Source: Macrostomum lignano (lineage: Eukaryota). From it: a DNA stretch of 54,594 nucleotides. The position numbers and the translations under genes were made by a program. The notes beneath the pieces are model-generated. The model did no database searches. It saw nothing but the letters and a program-made list of their open reading frames with translations, and was not told where the DNA came from. Below, one piece after another: positions 1-35,007 of this stretch (positions are counted from its first letter, which is position 1; the number at the start of each line of letters is the position of its first letter). The stretch covers positions 1 through 54,594 of the forward strand of contig NIVC01000999.1 in NCBI GenBank assembly GCA_002269645.1, written 5' to 3'.

Positions 1-632
1 CATAGACTGATTTGACCATGGATTACTCTGACCATAGACTGTTTTGACCATGGATTACTCTGACCATAGACTGATTTGACCATGGATTACTCTGACCATA
101 GACTGATTTGACCATGGATTACTCTGACCATAGACTGCTCTGAACATAGACTGCTCTGAACATAGACTGCTCTGACCATAGACTGCTCTGACCATAGATT
201 ACTCTGACCATAGACTGCTCTGACCATAGACTGCTCTGAACATAGACTGCTCTGACCATATACTGCTCTGACTATAGACTGCTCTGACCATAGACTGCTC
301 TGACCATAGACTGCTCTGACCATAGACTGCTCTGACCATAGATTACTCTGACCATAGACTGCTCTGACCATAGACTGCTCTGACCATAGACTGCTCTGAC
401 CATAGACTGCTCTGACCATAGACTGCTCTGACCATAGACTGCTCTGACCATAGATTACTCTGACCATAGACTGCTCTGACCATAGACTGCTCTGACCATA
501 GACTCCTCTGACCATAGACTGCTCTGACCATAGACTGCTCTGACCATAGATGCTCTGACCATAGACTGCTCTGACCATAGACTGCTCTGACCTTAGACTG
601 CTCTGACCATAGACTGCTCTGACCATAGACCA
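1..632. repeat. 16-bp minisatellite (CATAGACTGCTCTGAC), longer variant units in the first ~130 bp; lies in an intron of the Ig-domain gene
   Basis: Direct tandem periodicity, roughly 35-40 units, runs off the window edge; source of spurious ORFs 87..746 and 343..660. Confidence 0.97.
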
Positions 633-686
633 CCCTGATACGAGCGTAATAGACATACAATGCTCCATTCCACCCTCACTCTGCAG

Positions 687-1046
687 CCACCTGGAGCAAG
701 GACGGCACGCCTTTGACTGACAGTGATCGCTTTCAGATGGTTGCAAACGGCGGTCAGTTCACTTTGAGCATCCCGGTAGCGCTGAGCACTGACAGCGGCT
801 GCTACCAGCTAGTTGCTGAGCTCAACGGTGCCAAAGAAACCGCCGCTTTTGCGTTGCAGGTCTGCGAACTTTAATTTAGTTCTCTGTTTGCATTGACCAG
901 CGAATTCAGTAGCTTTCGAATCAAATACGTTCAACTTAATCGAAACCAGCGCATTCTTCACGATGCTTTCCTGTTTCCAGATCCTTCCGGGCGAGGACGT
1001 CAACCAGAAGGATCTCCAGAGCATCCTGGATCAGCACTCTGAGTGA
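687..1046 (+). CDS. Last two exons (687-859, 981-1046) of an Ig I-set domain protein; 5' part outside the window
   Basis: ctgcag|CC ACC TGG... encodes TWSKDGTPLTDSDRFQMVANGGQFTLSIPVALSTDSGCYQLVAELNGAKETAAFALQ; GT at 860, ttccag acceptor at 980, phase-0 join to ILPGEDVNQKDLQSILDQHSE*. WxKDG and DSGxY are Ig I-set hallmarks. Not in the ORF track. Confidence 0.8.
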
Positions 1047-2466
1047 ACAGACTTGAACTGGACATCAATCTGATCTTCTGATCATTAGTAACTCTTTTTA
1101 TAAACAGCAACGCAGCCTTTTAGAGCACTTTCATTAAGCATGGCAAAGCTGTTGCTGAAGAACTTCTCCAGTTGCCATCACGGTAACTGCCCCGCTCGCA
1201 CGACTCAATTCGAGACCCCTTGCCTTCTTATCTAGTTTTTTCGAGGCTTGCTGCCATACTGCTCGACTCCATTTACTACTGCTCATCGATAGACCATCGG
1301 TTCGCCTTAGCGCTAATATGGCTTTGGTGGCAATCACTGACCGCTTCACCTGGCTGTAGTCCGCCGCACTTTTCCCTCGCGTCAGCCGTACGTCTCTCTA
1401 TCTATTTTTAAGCCCATTTTCGCCGCCTAGTAATAAAAAATCGGCACGCAAACATAGCCGTCGATTTTTTAAACAAAATCGCTTTAAACCAATTTCGCTA
1501 TATCGCTTTTTTGAGACTTTATTAAACTTTCTGAATTGTAGTTTTCGATAAAGTCCTGCGGCCATTTCTCCTGATTCTCCCCTAGTCATTCTAGCGATTC
1601 GAAAATTATTTAACCAGTAATTTTGCCTGCTCGCACAGTCTTCATTCGCTCCCTCACAGCTTTGCTAATGCAACCGCCATTCGCAAATTATGCTTAAAAT
1701 ATTTATATCGTATTAGTTCTGCTCGAAATTTTCTATAAACTCTGATCTACTGAGCATGCTTCCGCAGTATTTTATAACCTGGCCCTAAATTATATATGAG
1801 CTATGAGCTAATATAGTCATACTACAAAGATTCTTAATCCGTTCGTCTGTACGAGTTCCACTAGTTTGAATATTTGTGCAGCATTTAGGTTTGCTGAATA
1901 ATTTGTACTGAAAAGCCTGTCGAAAAAACAGCTAAAGAGTGGGTCTTCAACTTCGAGTAAATATTTTGAATGAATCACAGAGCGTCTTAAACTCGGTTGC
2001 TTGTCAAATACTGTATATAATGGCCTAATTTCGTTTAACTATGCATTAAGAAGATAGACACTAATCATTTAAAGCATTTCTACCCTACCAATATGCATGC
2101 GATGCTGGTTGAAGTACGAGTAGAGGTTGGTTGAACAAGGTGCAAAATTACTATGTGCATTTAGAGTAAGCTTGGGACGAGAAAATCCGTTTACATGAAT
2201 TTGCAGAACGAGATAGGGAGAGCGGTGATGCTGCTTAGTTTCGAACTTTTTTCCGTGTCTCCAGTTGAATTTTTCTAAAGCCGTTACGATTGTGTTACGG
2301 ATCGTCGTATCAACAGAATATAACAAAATCGTCCAATAAGTGCTTAAAATATAGAATTCCTGTCTTGTAAATGCATTTTCAAGCGAAATTCGGCCTTAAA
2401 TAAATTAGGATGCAAAACTCGTGTAACTCAGAGTAGCCCTGACTCGTCCTCTCGCTCGGTAAGACG

Positions 2467-3588
2467 TCATTTGTAGCAGCAATGCTCCCTGCTACCGGCG
2501 CCAGCCACAATGACTGCCAGCAGGGAGGCGATGACGCACAGACTGGCGGCTACGCAACCCGACAGCGCGGCCAGCCACCAAACCTCATCCGGGTTGCTCT
2601 TCAGCTTCGAAGATTCCGTCAGTGCTGCATCGTCAGGCGCTGATGTTGTTGTTGCTGAAGTCTGTTCAACTGACTTCTGGCGGTGTTGCTGCTGATGAAG
2701 CTGATTCGGATGCTGAACAGCCGAGCACAGCGCGCCAGCTTGGTACTGCTGGCAGTCAGCGAATTCAACCGCATCTTCTGCGCGATTTTCAGCGAGTACA
2801 GTCGAGCTTCGCACCGTCAGACACTCGTTGCGCGACTGCAATGGAGCTTCTTCTGGAAGACTGAGCTCACTTTGAGCTGAGGAGAAATGGACCATGGAGA
2901 CTGGACTGAGAGAAGTTCCTGCATGGATGTTTAACAAGTAGTTACAGTCAGAAACGGCATTTCAAAGAGACTTTCTGTGTGTCGAAAGAAAATTACAAAG
3001 CCTGTAGACTATTCTATTGACTCTCACGAGCTATCTGACGTCCTGACAAACTCTTGTCGATATAACCTGACGCTTGTTAAAAAATCGGGAATAATAGGAA
3101 CTAATAAATTATATTTTGGCAAATTTTCCAGACTTGCGCCACATAAAATATTCCGGCACCGTTTTCACTTGAAATTACGAGCGTAACACGCAAGATAAAT
3201 GAGCTGAGAGAGAGTGTCTTTGCTCAGGGCCTCAGAACACTAGAGTTCTCCTTACATGGTAGATTGTTGCTTCAGCCTCTGCAAAATTTTCTGCTTCCAT
3301 AGGCAGCTGCATCGTCGGCGACTTCGCCTGCCGTCGATCCAGACGCTTCGCTCGACGACTCCCTCCCCAGTTAGACGCGCTCTGGCGGCCGCGAGTCCAC
3401 CTGGAGAGGCAGCCACCGGCGCCAGTGACATTCCAGCAGCGGAGCAGCGGTCCGCCGCCTCCTGCCAGGTCATGCGCCAGGATGAGCTCAAACTGCCAAA
3501 GCCAGCCAGTTTCGGTCACTTTGTCATGATGGCCACGAATGCCGGAAGTGATTAGGAACAGGATAACTACAGATGTAGCCGATGACAT
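2467..3588 (-). pseudogene. C-type-lectin-like single-pass membrane protein, two segments (~3588-3255 and ~2920-2467), frameshifted as assembled
   Basis: Signal-like MSSATSVVILFLITSGIRG in one frame; MTWQEAADRCSAAGMSLAP...VWIDG (CTL N-half) in another; ECLTV...DCQQYQAGALC (CTL C-half), Q/T-rich stalk and TM WWLAALSGCVAASLCVIASLLAVIV in the second segment. GTAAG donor near 3255; exact junction unresolved. Confidence 0.5.
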
Positions 3589-4692
3589 GACGTTTGCACC
3601 AACGATCAGTGACGGCTCAGTTCTAAACTCTCGGTTAGCGAATCATTGAGGCAGTTCGCTTTCTTAGAGTGATTGATTAGCACTTAACTCTACAGTTTTT
3701 CTCCTCGGTAACCAATAAGAAATGTCTGAAAATCTGCATAGAAATTGAGACTGGTTTCTTCGTTAGGCTGTTAGATTCAGGCTCTTTAAGTCGAAATCAG
3801 GCTCCTAGAGCGTCAACAGAAAAAGGCGTCGAAAGTAGTGGTGAAGAAGAAGAGTCGAAATATGCGCGCGAACGAAGGCGACAGAGGGACTGGATTGGGT
3901 TGGATGGGAATTAGGAAAGATTGAGTTGATTGAGATTGGCCTGCGAATTGCCTCACCCCATCACTGTATTCGGCTTAGGCAAGCCGGCTGACTAATATTG
4001 TGAGATGATGAGGCCCTGCTGGGAGGCTGGCTAAGCCAACTGAGTCCCGTACGCAATCTCTGGGGACTTTTGCGACATTGCGAATTGATTTTCGTCCCGC
4101 CAGGCAGCCAGTCGGTGACAGGCAGATTCCCTGAGATCGAGTTTTTCTATCATCCCTAGCGCCGGCATACATGACCTGTGGCTCAGCTGTAGAAAGCAGA
4201 GGCACCTATTTCTTGTCAACAATTCCTTGGATAAAGAAAACTTTGCTCGCTGAGAAAGACGGATGCAAGTGTACGTTTGCCGAACGCAGACGCTTCAGGC
4301 TGTATATTTTTTTAATACACATATGTGGCACTCAAATATGCAATCTCCTGTTGCCTCTATGTTGGATCTGTTTGTGCAAAATACGTATTCATGTTCAATT
4401 GTAGCCTAAATTAGTTTACAAACCGGAATCACGAAAACAATGGTCTAAACAAAAATGTAGAATTAAGTTTGTTTCATTCAAACAAAAGTTTCTAAGCATC
4501 CCGGATGCGGTCGTACCAAGAGCTACTTGCTACTACTACTACTCCCTACTACTACTTGCAAGGGAGATCCGTTAGAAGTTGCTTACTGGTGGGTGGCGAA
4601 TTTTCAATGTTGCAGAGTATATGCATAAATTTTAGCCGTGTTCCTTTCTACAAACGTTTTTTTATGAGTTTCAAAGTAAAATCCCAGAAGAC

Positions 4693-4890
4693 TGCAGGCG
4701 TAAAAGTGTTTACGCCTGTTTGTACAGGCGTAGAAGTGTTTGTACAGGCGTAGAAGTGTTTGTACAGGCGTAGAAGTGTTTGTACAGGCGTAGAACTGTT
4801 TGTACAGGCGTAGAAGTGTTTGTACAGGCGTAGAACTGTTTGTACAGGCGTAGAAGTGTTTGTGCAGGCTTAGAAGTGTTTGTGCAGAAG
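4693..4890. repeat. 20-bp minisatellite (TGTACAGGCGTAGAAGTGTT), ~9 units
   Basis: Direct tandem periodicity. Confidence 0.95.
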
Positions 4891-5269
4891 ACATTGTAAC
4901 TTGGCTTAGTTATTATCGCGTTGTCAAGCGAATTTTGGCTCAACTTGAACTTGAAGCTTCTCAGCAACAACTTTTATCAACGAAACTTTTAATACCTGGT
5001 CTAAAATTATACATACCCTGTATTAGCAGACTAATAGATAGGTACTAGGCTCATCATACTTGATCTCATTTTATATTTGTGCGCAATTCAACAGTTGGAA
5101 TAGTGGCGAAGCGTGATGGTTTTCCGGCCATTGTTCAAGTCAACTAAAACTCAGTCACACTTGCAGAGGTTGCCTACTGTTAGTACTATGTAAGATAAAG
5201 CTTACATAGCTTACTGTTCCTCGGTTCGGATAGCTGAATAAAAGCCTATGGGTAAGTTTGTCCGGATGC

Positions 5270-5545
5270 AACCGCAGAAGGTGTGTCCAGATACAACCAC
5301 AGAAAGTGTGTCCAGATACAACCACAGGTGTGTCCAGATACAACCACAGAAAGTGTGTCCAGATACAACCACAGGTGTGTCCGGATACAACCACAGGTGT
5401 GTTCGGATACAACCACAGGTGTGTCCGGATACAACCACAGGTGTGTTCGGATACAACCACAGGTGTGTCCGGATACAACCACAGGTGTGTCCGGATACAA
5501 CCACAGGCGTGTCCGGATACAACCACAGGTGTGTCCGGATGCAAT
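5270..5545. repeat. 22-bp minisatellite (AGGTGTGTCCGGATACAACCAC, some 24-bp variants), ~12 units
   Basis: Direct tandem periodicity. Confidence 0.95.
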
Positions 5546-5997
5546 ACAGACAAGCCTACATGTTAGGCCCAGGCAATGCCTCAGTATCTGAGGTACCAGT
5601 GCTACATCAGTGAGACCGAGGTAGCTGATATATTAATCTATGAGCAGGAGCAGCTAATTAATGACTGGACTAAGCCTAAGAGAGCCGCATTTTGGTTCTG
5701 ATATATTACCCTATTCTATCGCTGTCTCTCCCTTCTCTCCGCTTTTGCATTTTACCGGCTATTGATCATGCCGAGCGGATGAGAGTAGAGGAGCAGCCGC
5801 AGTCCTGTGCTATCTGAATGCGGCATTAGCTATGCAGTGCAAAGCCAAATTAAGTTTTATGGCTGCGCGCGTGGCTGTTGGGGTAGCTTAATTAAATATT
5901 TTAGGGACCTGTTATAATACGAGCTACATCAAAGGCGGCGTTTTTTACTATATTGCCTTGAACTCGAACTCTGGAGACAGGGATGTTCAAGTATTCA

Positions 5998-6988
5998 TTG
6001 GGCCTGCACGCCTGGGAGAAGGGTCTACATTGGTGGAGTGCTGCACGCCTGGGAGAAGTGTCTACATTGGTGGAGTGCTGCACGCCTGAGAGAAGTGTCT
6101 ACATTGGTGGAGTGCTGCACGCCTGAGAGAAGTGTCTACATTGGTGGAGTGCTGCACGCCTGAGAGAAGTGTCTACATTGGTGGAGTGCTGCACGCCTGG
6201 AGAAGTGTCTACATTGGTGGAGTGCTGCACGCCTGGTAGAAGTGTCTACATTGGTGGAGTGCTGCACGCCTGAGAGAAGTGTCTACATTGGTGGAGTGCT
6301 GCACGCCTGGGAGAAGGGTCTACATTGGTGGAGTGCTGCACGCCTGAGAGAAGTATCTACATTGGTGGAGTGCTGCACGCCTGAGAGAAGTGTCTACATT
6401 GGTGGAGTGCTGCACGCCTGGTAGAAGTGTCTACATTGGTGGAGTGCTGCACGCCTGAGAGAAGTGTCTACATTGGTGGAGGGCTGCACGCCTGAGAGAA
6501 GTGTCTACATTGGTGGAGTGCTGCACGCCTGGGAGAAGGGTCTACATTGGTGGAGTGCTGCACGCCTGGGAGAAGTGTCTACATTGGTGGAGTGCTGCAC
6601 GCCTGGTAGAAGTGTCTACATTGGTGGAGTGCTGCACGCCTGAGAGAAGGGTCTACATTGGTGGAGTGCTGCACGCCTGAGAGAAGGGTCTACATTGGTG
6701 GAGGGCTGCACGCCTGGGAGAAGGGTCTACATTGGTGGAGTGCTGCACGCCTGAGAGAAGTATCTACATTGGTGGAGTGCTGCACGCCTGAGAGAAGTGT
6801 CTACATTGGTGGAGTGCTGCACGCCTGGAGAAGTGTCTACATTGGTGGAGTGCTGCACGCCTGAGAGAAGGGTCTACATTGGTGGAGGGCTGCACGCCTG
6901 GGAGAAGTGTCTACATTGGTGGAGTGCTGCACGCCTGAGAGAAGTGTCTACATTGGTGGAGTGCTGCACGCCTGGGAGAAGGGTCTAT
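5998..6988. repeat. 37-bp minisatellite (GTCTACATTGGTGGAGTGCTGCACGCCTGAGAGAAGT), ~27 units
   Basis: Direct tandem periodicity (e.g. 6061 to 6098); no unique spacers, so not CRISPR. Confidence 0.97.
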
Positions 6989-8403
6989 TGGACGATGACG
7001 TCAATGATATGCAGCATAAATTTCAAATTTCCGTCGAAATTAAACGAGAGTTCTTCCTCATCGCATACAGAATTTAGCTAATTAATTCTTAACCAAGTGC
7101 TTCGGTCCCTTCGGGAAGGTTCATTCTTTATCAAACCGCTTCCCATTAAGCGGAAGACAGAAATTGACTTTCGCGAGGCCGGGTTATTTTCTTTCAGTCT
7201 CTCGAGGCTGCAGCAGCAGCAGCGGAAAGTAGCAACGAGATCGAAAAAGGAAATTAAAAAACCAGTCAGTCCTGGAGCATCGCTGTTATCAAAAGGTATC
7301 CGTTTTTTGCTAATTTTTCTGGATTGCATTTTCCCGTTTGCAGCAGCTGGGCAGCTCGCGTGTCGCGTCTCCCAGATTATAATAAAATGCGCAGCCACCT
7401 CCCTGCTGCTCTGCATCCGGCAGATTAGAATAGAGAGGCCAGAGACTTGACTGCCGGAGGCTGGACTAAGCTCAGATTTCCCAGGTTCATCCGGTAGGGA
7501 TCTAGCAGGACTTCTATCCTTCTCAGGGTTGCCTCTCTTAGGGAGTCACTTCTTAGCCACGAAACGCGCTGGTTCTATTATTTGGCAGCTCAGTTAGGCA
7601 TGAAAACGGAGATCTTAATGGAACAATTGCTTCCAGCTTGCCAGTTGAACTGGAAACTGAGCAGGATCCAAATAAAATTGTCAATTTCTTTATATTTTTA
7701 ACTCAATGGTCAAAAGAACCAAGATCGGATGATATCAGATGAAAATGGAAAAAGAACAAAATGAACATCCTAAAGTCCCAAAGCCCAAGGAGAGCCCTAA
7801 AACACTCCCGTACTTTTACCTTACATTTCTTTACGGTAAAAGTGCCAACTGAACTAATAGTTTCTTTCTACCTTCCAGCCCTAGAGCTTGCCAACTACCC
7901 AATCTCTACTCTCTACCCTTCCCGTCAATTTGAGGAGCTTCGGGCAAACCAACCCACCTCCTCAAAGCGGCCGTAACCAGTGGTCCAACGCGGCGCTCTG
8001 ATGTGCCAGCGGCCCAGGCTCGATTCCAAGTGCAGTCACATTAATTTGGAGCTAAATTGGAATCTCGGCTTGGCTCTGCTCGTGCAATTAACACCCTTGA
8101 TGGCCAACCCCCAAGGCACAGTGAAGTGTATATGCCTAACTGTGTGAGTGTGTGCCTGTGCGTATGACTGCGTACGTATCCGCGCGCTTGTGTGCCTGCT
8201 TAGGGGAGTCAATGGAATGGGCAGCAATGCCTCTCGCCGGTTGCGTGACAATGTCGCTTAAAGTGCGCCAGGGTGCACACAGCCCCCTTGCCCCTAATAA
8301 AACACCAACTCCAGCCTCCTAGTTACAATAGCAAAGGCAGGACAATAATCAATCTACATAAAGCCAATGGCACCGTCAATTTCTGTCGGCTCCGAAAGCG
8401 GTG

Positions 8404-9197
8404 TCAGCGAAATTTTCCTATGCGGTGGTGGCTGTTGTTGTTCCTGTTGCTGCTGAAAGTTCCCCAGAGACCAGTCAGTCGCCAGCGACACTGTCGGACT
8501 CCGAAGCAGGTGCAGCGATTCTTAAACCCACCTCCGACCTGCTGTTGATCTGATTGGTCCTCCTCGTCCGAGCTCGACTCACGGCTGTCGGACTCAACGT
8601 AGGTCAGGGGGTTTCGGTTGACCAGAGCGCCGCAACCGTAGCAGAACTGCTGCTGCCGGCCCCGCTGCTGTCCAGCCTCCTCCTCCTCAGTTCGCTCGGC
8701 AGCTTCATCGAATTCCTGCATTGTCTGTAAAGGAGGGGCAGAGTCAGGCAATCAACAGTAAACTCGTCTCACTCTGTCGCGCCAAAAGTGACCTCTGGCG
8801 ATTCACATCCCTGACGGCAGCCCCAAGGCGCAGAAAGTGTACATGCCTGCCGATTTGAATGTCGAGGCCGCTGTACACCCTCAGCGGAACGGGCAGGACT
8901 CACCTGTTGAGTACTGAAACTCCGCTCGCCAGGCAGCAGACGAATCCGACAGCTGCTGGTTAAAGTTTCTCCATCCTCAGATTCCATTCGATCCGCATCA
9001 TCATCGTCCTCAGAGTCGATGGCGCTGTCCCGCCTGCGGCGCCAGAGCCCAAGGCCCAGCAGGAGGCAGAGCACGAAGCAGACGCCGGCTAAAAGGCCGA
9101 TCAGGGCCGCGTGATGTCGACGAGGCGATGGAGACTGCGGCCACAGAAGCTGGTGGAGCAGCCTCGATGAGTTCGTTGATGCTTCTATCATTGGCAT
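8404..9197 (-). CDS. Uncharacterised single-pass membrane protein, two exons (9197 or 9214 to ~8780; 8724 to ~8404)
   Basis: TM AALIGLLAGVCFVLCLLLGLGLW followed by RRRR stop-transfer and acidic patch DSEDDDD; acceptor cctttacag at 8725; two possible donors (8792 GTCACT phase 0, 8772 GTGAGA phase 2) give different C-termini. Confidence 0.5.
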
Positions 9198-9640
9198 TGG
9201 TGGGATGCTCGGAGCTGTGAGCAGCAGCTGATGCCAGGAAATTTATGCCCCAATTTGCAAACTGTGTGAGCCAATCAGAGGCAGCAAAAATTGTCCTGGG
9301 ATAATACTGATGCCGAGCTTATATGTTTCGATTTGAACGAACTGCATACTCGAGTGAGAGGGCAAACAATCAAGAAAAAATCTTGAAAGACAAGAAGCCG
9401 CTTCTGCCGATGTCATGCGTCCAATCTACTTGATTGGCTACCCCGCACTACGGAGCGGATTTCACTTCCCAGGACAACTCAGTCGCTACGATGCAATCAA
9501 TTTTCGTTTTCGCTTCTGGGACAGCATCCGATATTTGTCTAATCTTTTTAATCCAATGAAAAGCGACAGTCTGCAGGATATTCTGAGATAATTGGACTTT
9601 TCTAACTTTATTTTTCTGTCATCCATCCATCCATATATCT

Positions 9641-10140
<500 letters not shown>

Positions 10141-10595
10141 ACAAAGCTATACAAAATAAGTTTTACTTAATCTGCTAGCTTTGCCAAGTCGAGTTAATCT
10201 TGCAAAGAAGGCCAGGAAACACGAACTCATCTCACAGCGCATTGATAAGCTGCTCAAGAAACGCTGAGGTGAAGCACAATACAGCCCACATCCGCTTTTG
10301 CGGGGAGGGGCACTTGAGATTCTCAGATACTGCCGACCGTATCAGGTTAGCTCAGTCGTCTACTCAGCAATCCTCAGCTAAAGTTGTGTTACAAAGTTCT
10401 ACCAGAGTTTTTACTTGCAAGTTTGTACTTTGTGAATAAAATAGGCTGCTACTGGAGTGATTAAATATTGGGCATAAATAAGGATACGTGGAGTATAACA
10501 AGCATAATACAACATTACTTTTAACCAGGATCAAACAACACTTGAAAGAGTGTCGAACCGGTTATGGGGATGAAGCTGGAACACGCAATGGCACT

Positions 10596-10968
10596 GTGGT
10601 GTGAGCTGGTGGAGTAGGGTGTGAGCTGGTGGAGTAGGGTGTGAGCTGGTGCAGTAGGGTGTGAGCTGGTGGAGTAGGGTGTGAGCTGGTGCAGTAGGGT
10701 GTGAGCTGGTGGAGTAGGGTGTGAGCTGGTGGAGTGTGGTGTGAGCTGGTGCAGTAGGGTGTGAGCTGGTGCAGTAGGGTGTGAGCTGGTGGAGTAGGGT
10801 GTGAGCTGGTGGAGTAGGGTGTGAGCTGGTGCAGTAGGGTGTGAGCTGGTGGAGTAGGGTGTGAGCTGGTGGAGTGTGGTGTGAGCTGGTGGAGTAGGGT
10901 GTGAGCTGGTGCAGTAGGGTGTGAGCTGGTGGAGTAGGGTGTGAGCTGGTGGAGTAGGGTGTGAGCTG
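10596..10968. repeat. 20-bp minisatellite (GTGAGCTGGTGGAGTAGGGT), ~19 units
   Basis: Direct tandem periodicity. Confidence 0.97.
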
Positions 10969-11076
10969 GGTCACCGAAACCCGTTCGTAAAGCACGCCAA
11001 TTGCAGGAATAAAGTCTGATCAATAGTCAATCTACATAAAATTTTAGTCAACCGATCAAAAACCGTTTGAGCAGTT

Positions 11077-35007
<23,931 letters not shown>

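Noticed and set aside
87-746. 219-aa and 105-aa repetitive ORFs
   Set aside because: Translations of the 16-bp minisatellite, antisense to an intron
5998-6988. 37-bp repeats as a CRISPR array
   Set aside because: Units are head-to-tail with no unique spacers, there are no cas genes, and the context is eukaryotic; the same applies to all other arrays
7078-7600. ORFs of 112-117 aa and a faint Helitron-like peptide (LRRIEVLLDPYRMNLGNLSLVQP) on the minus strand
   Set aside because: Many stops, no Rep or helicase motifs; resemblance too weak
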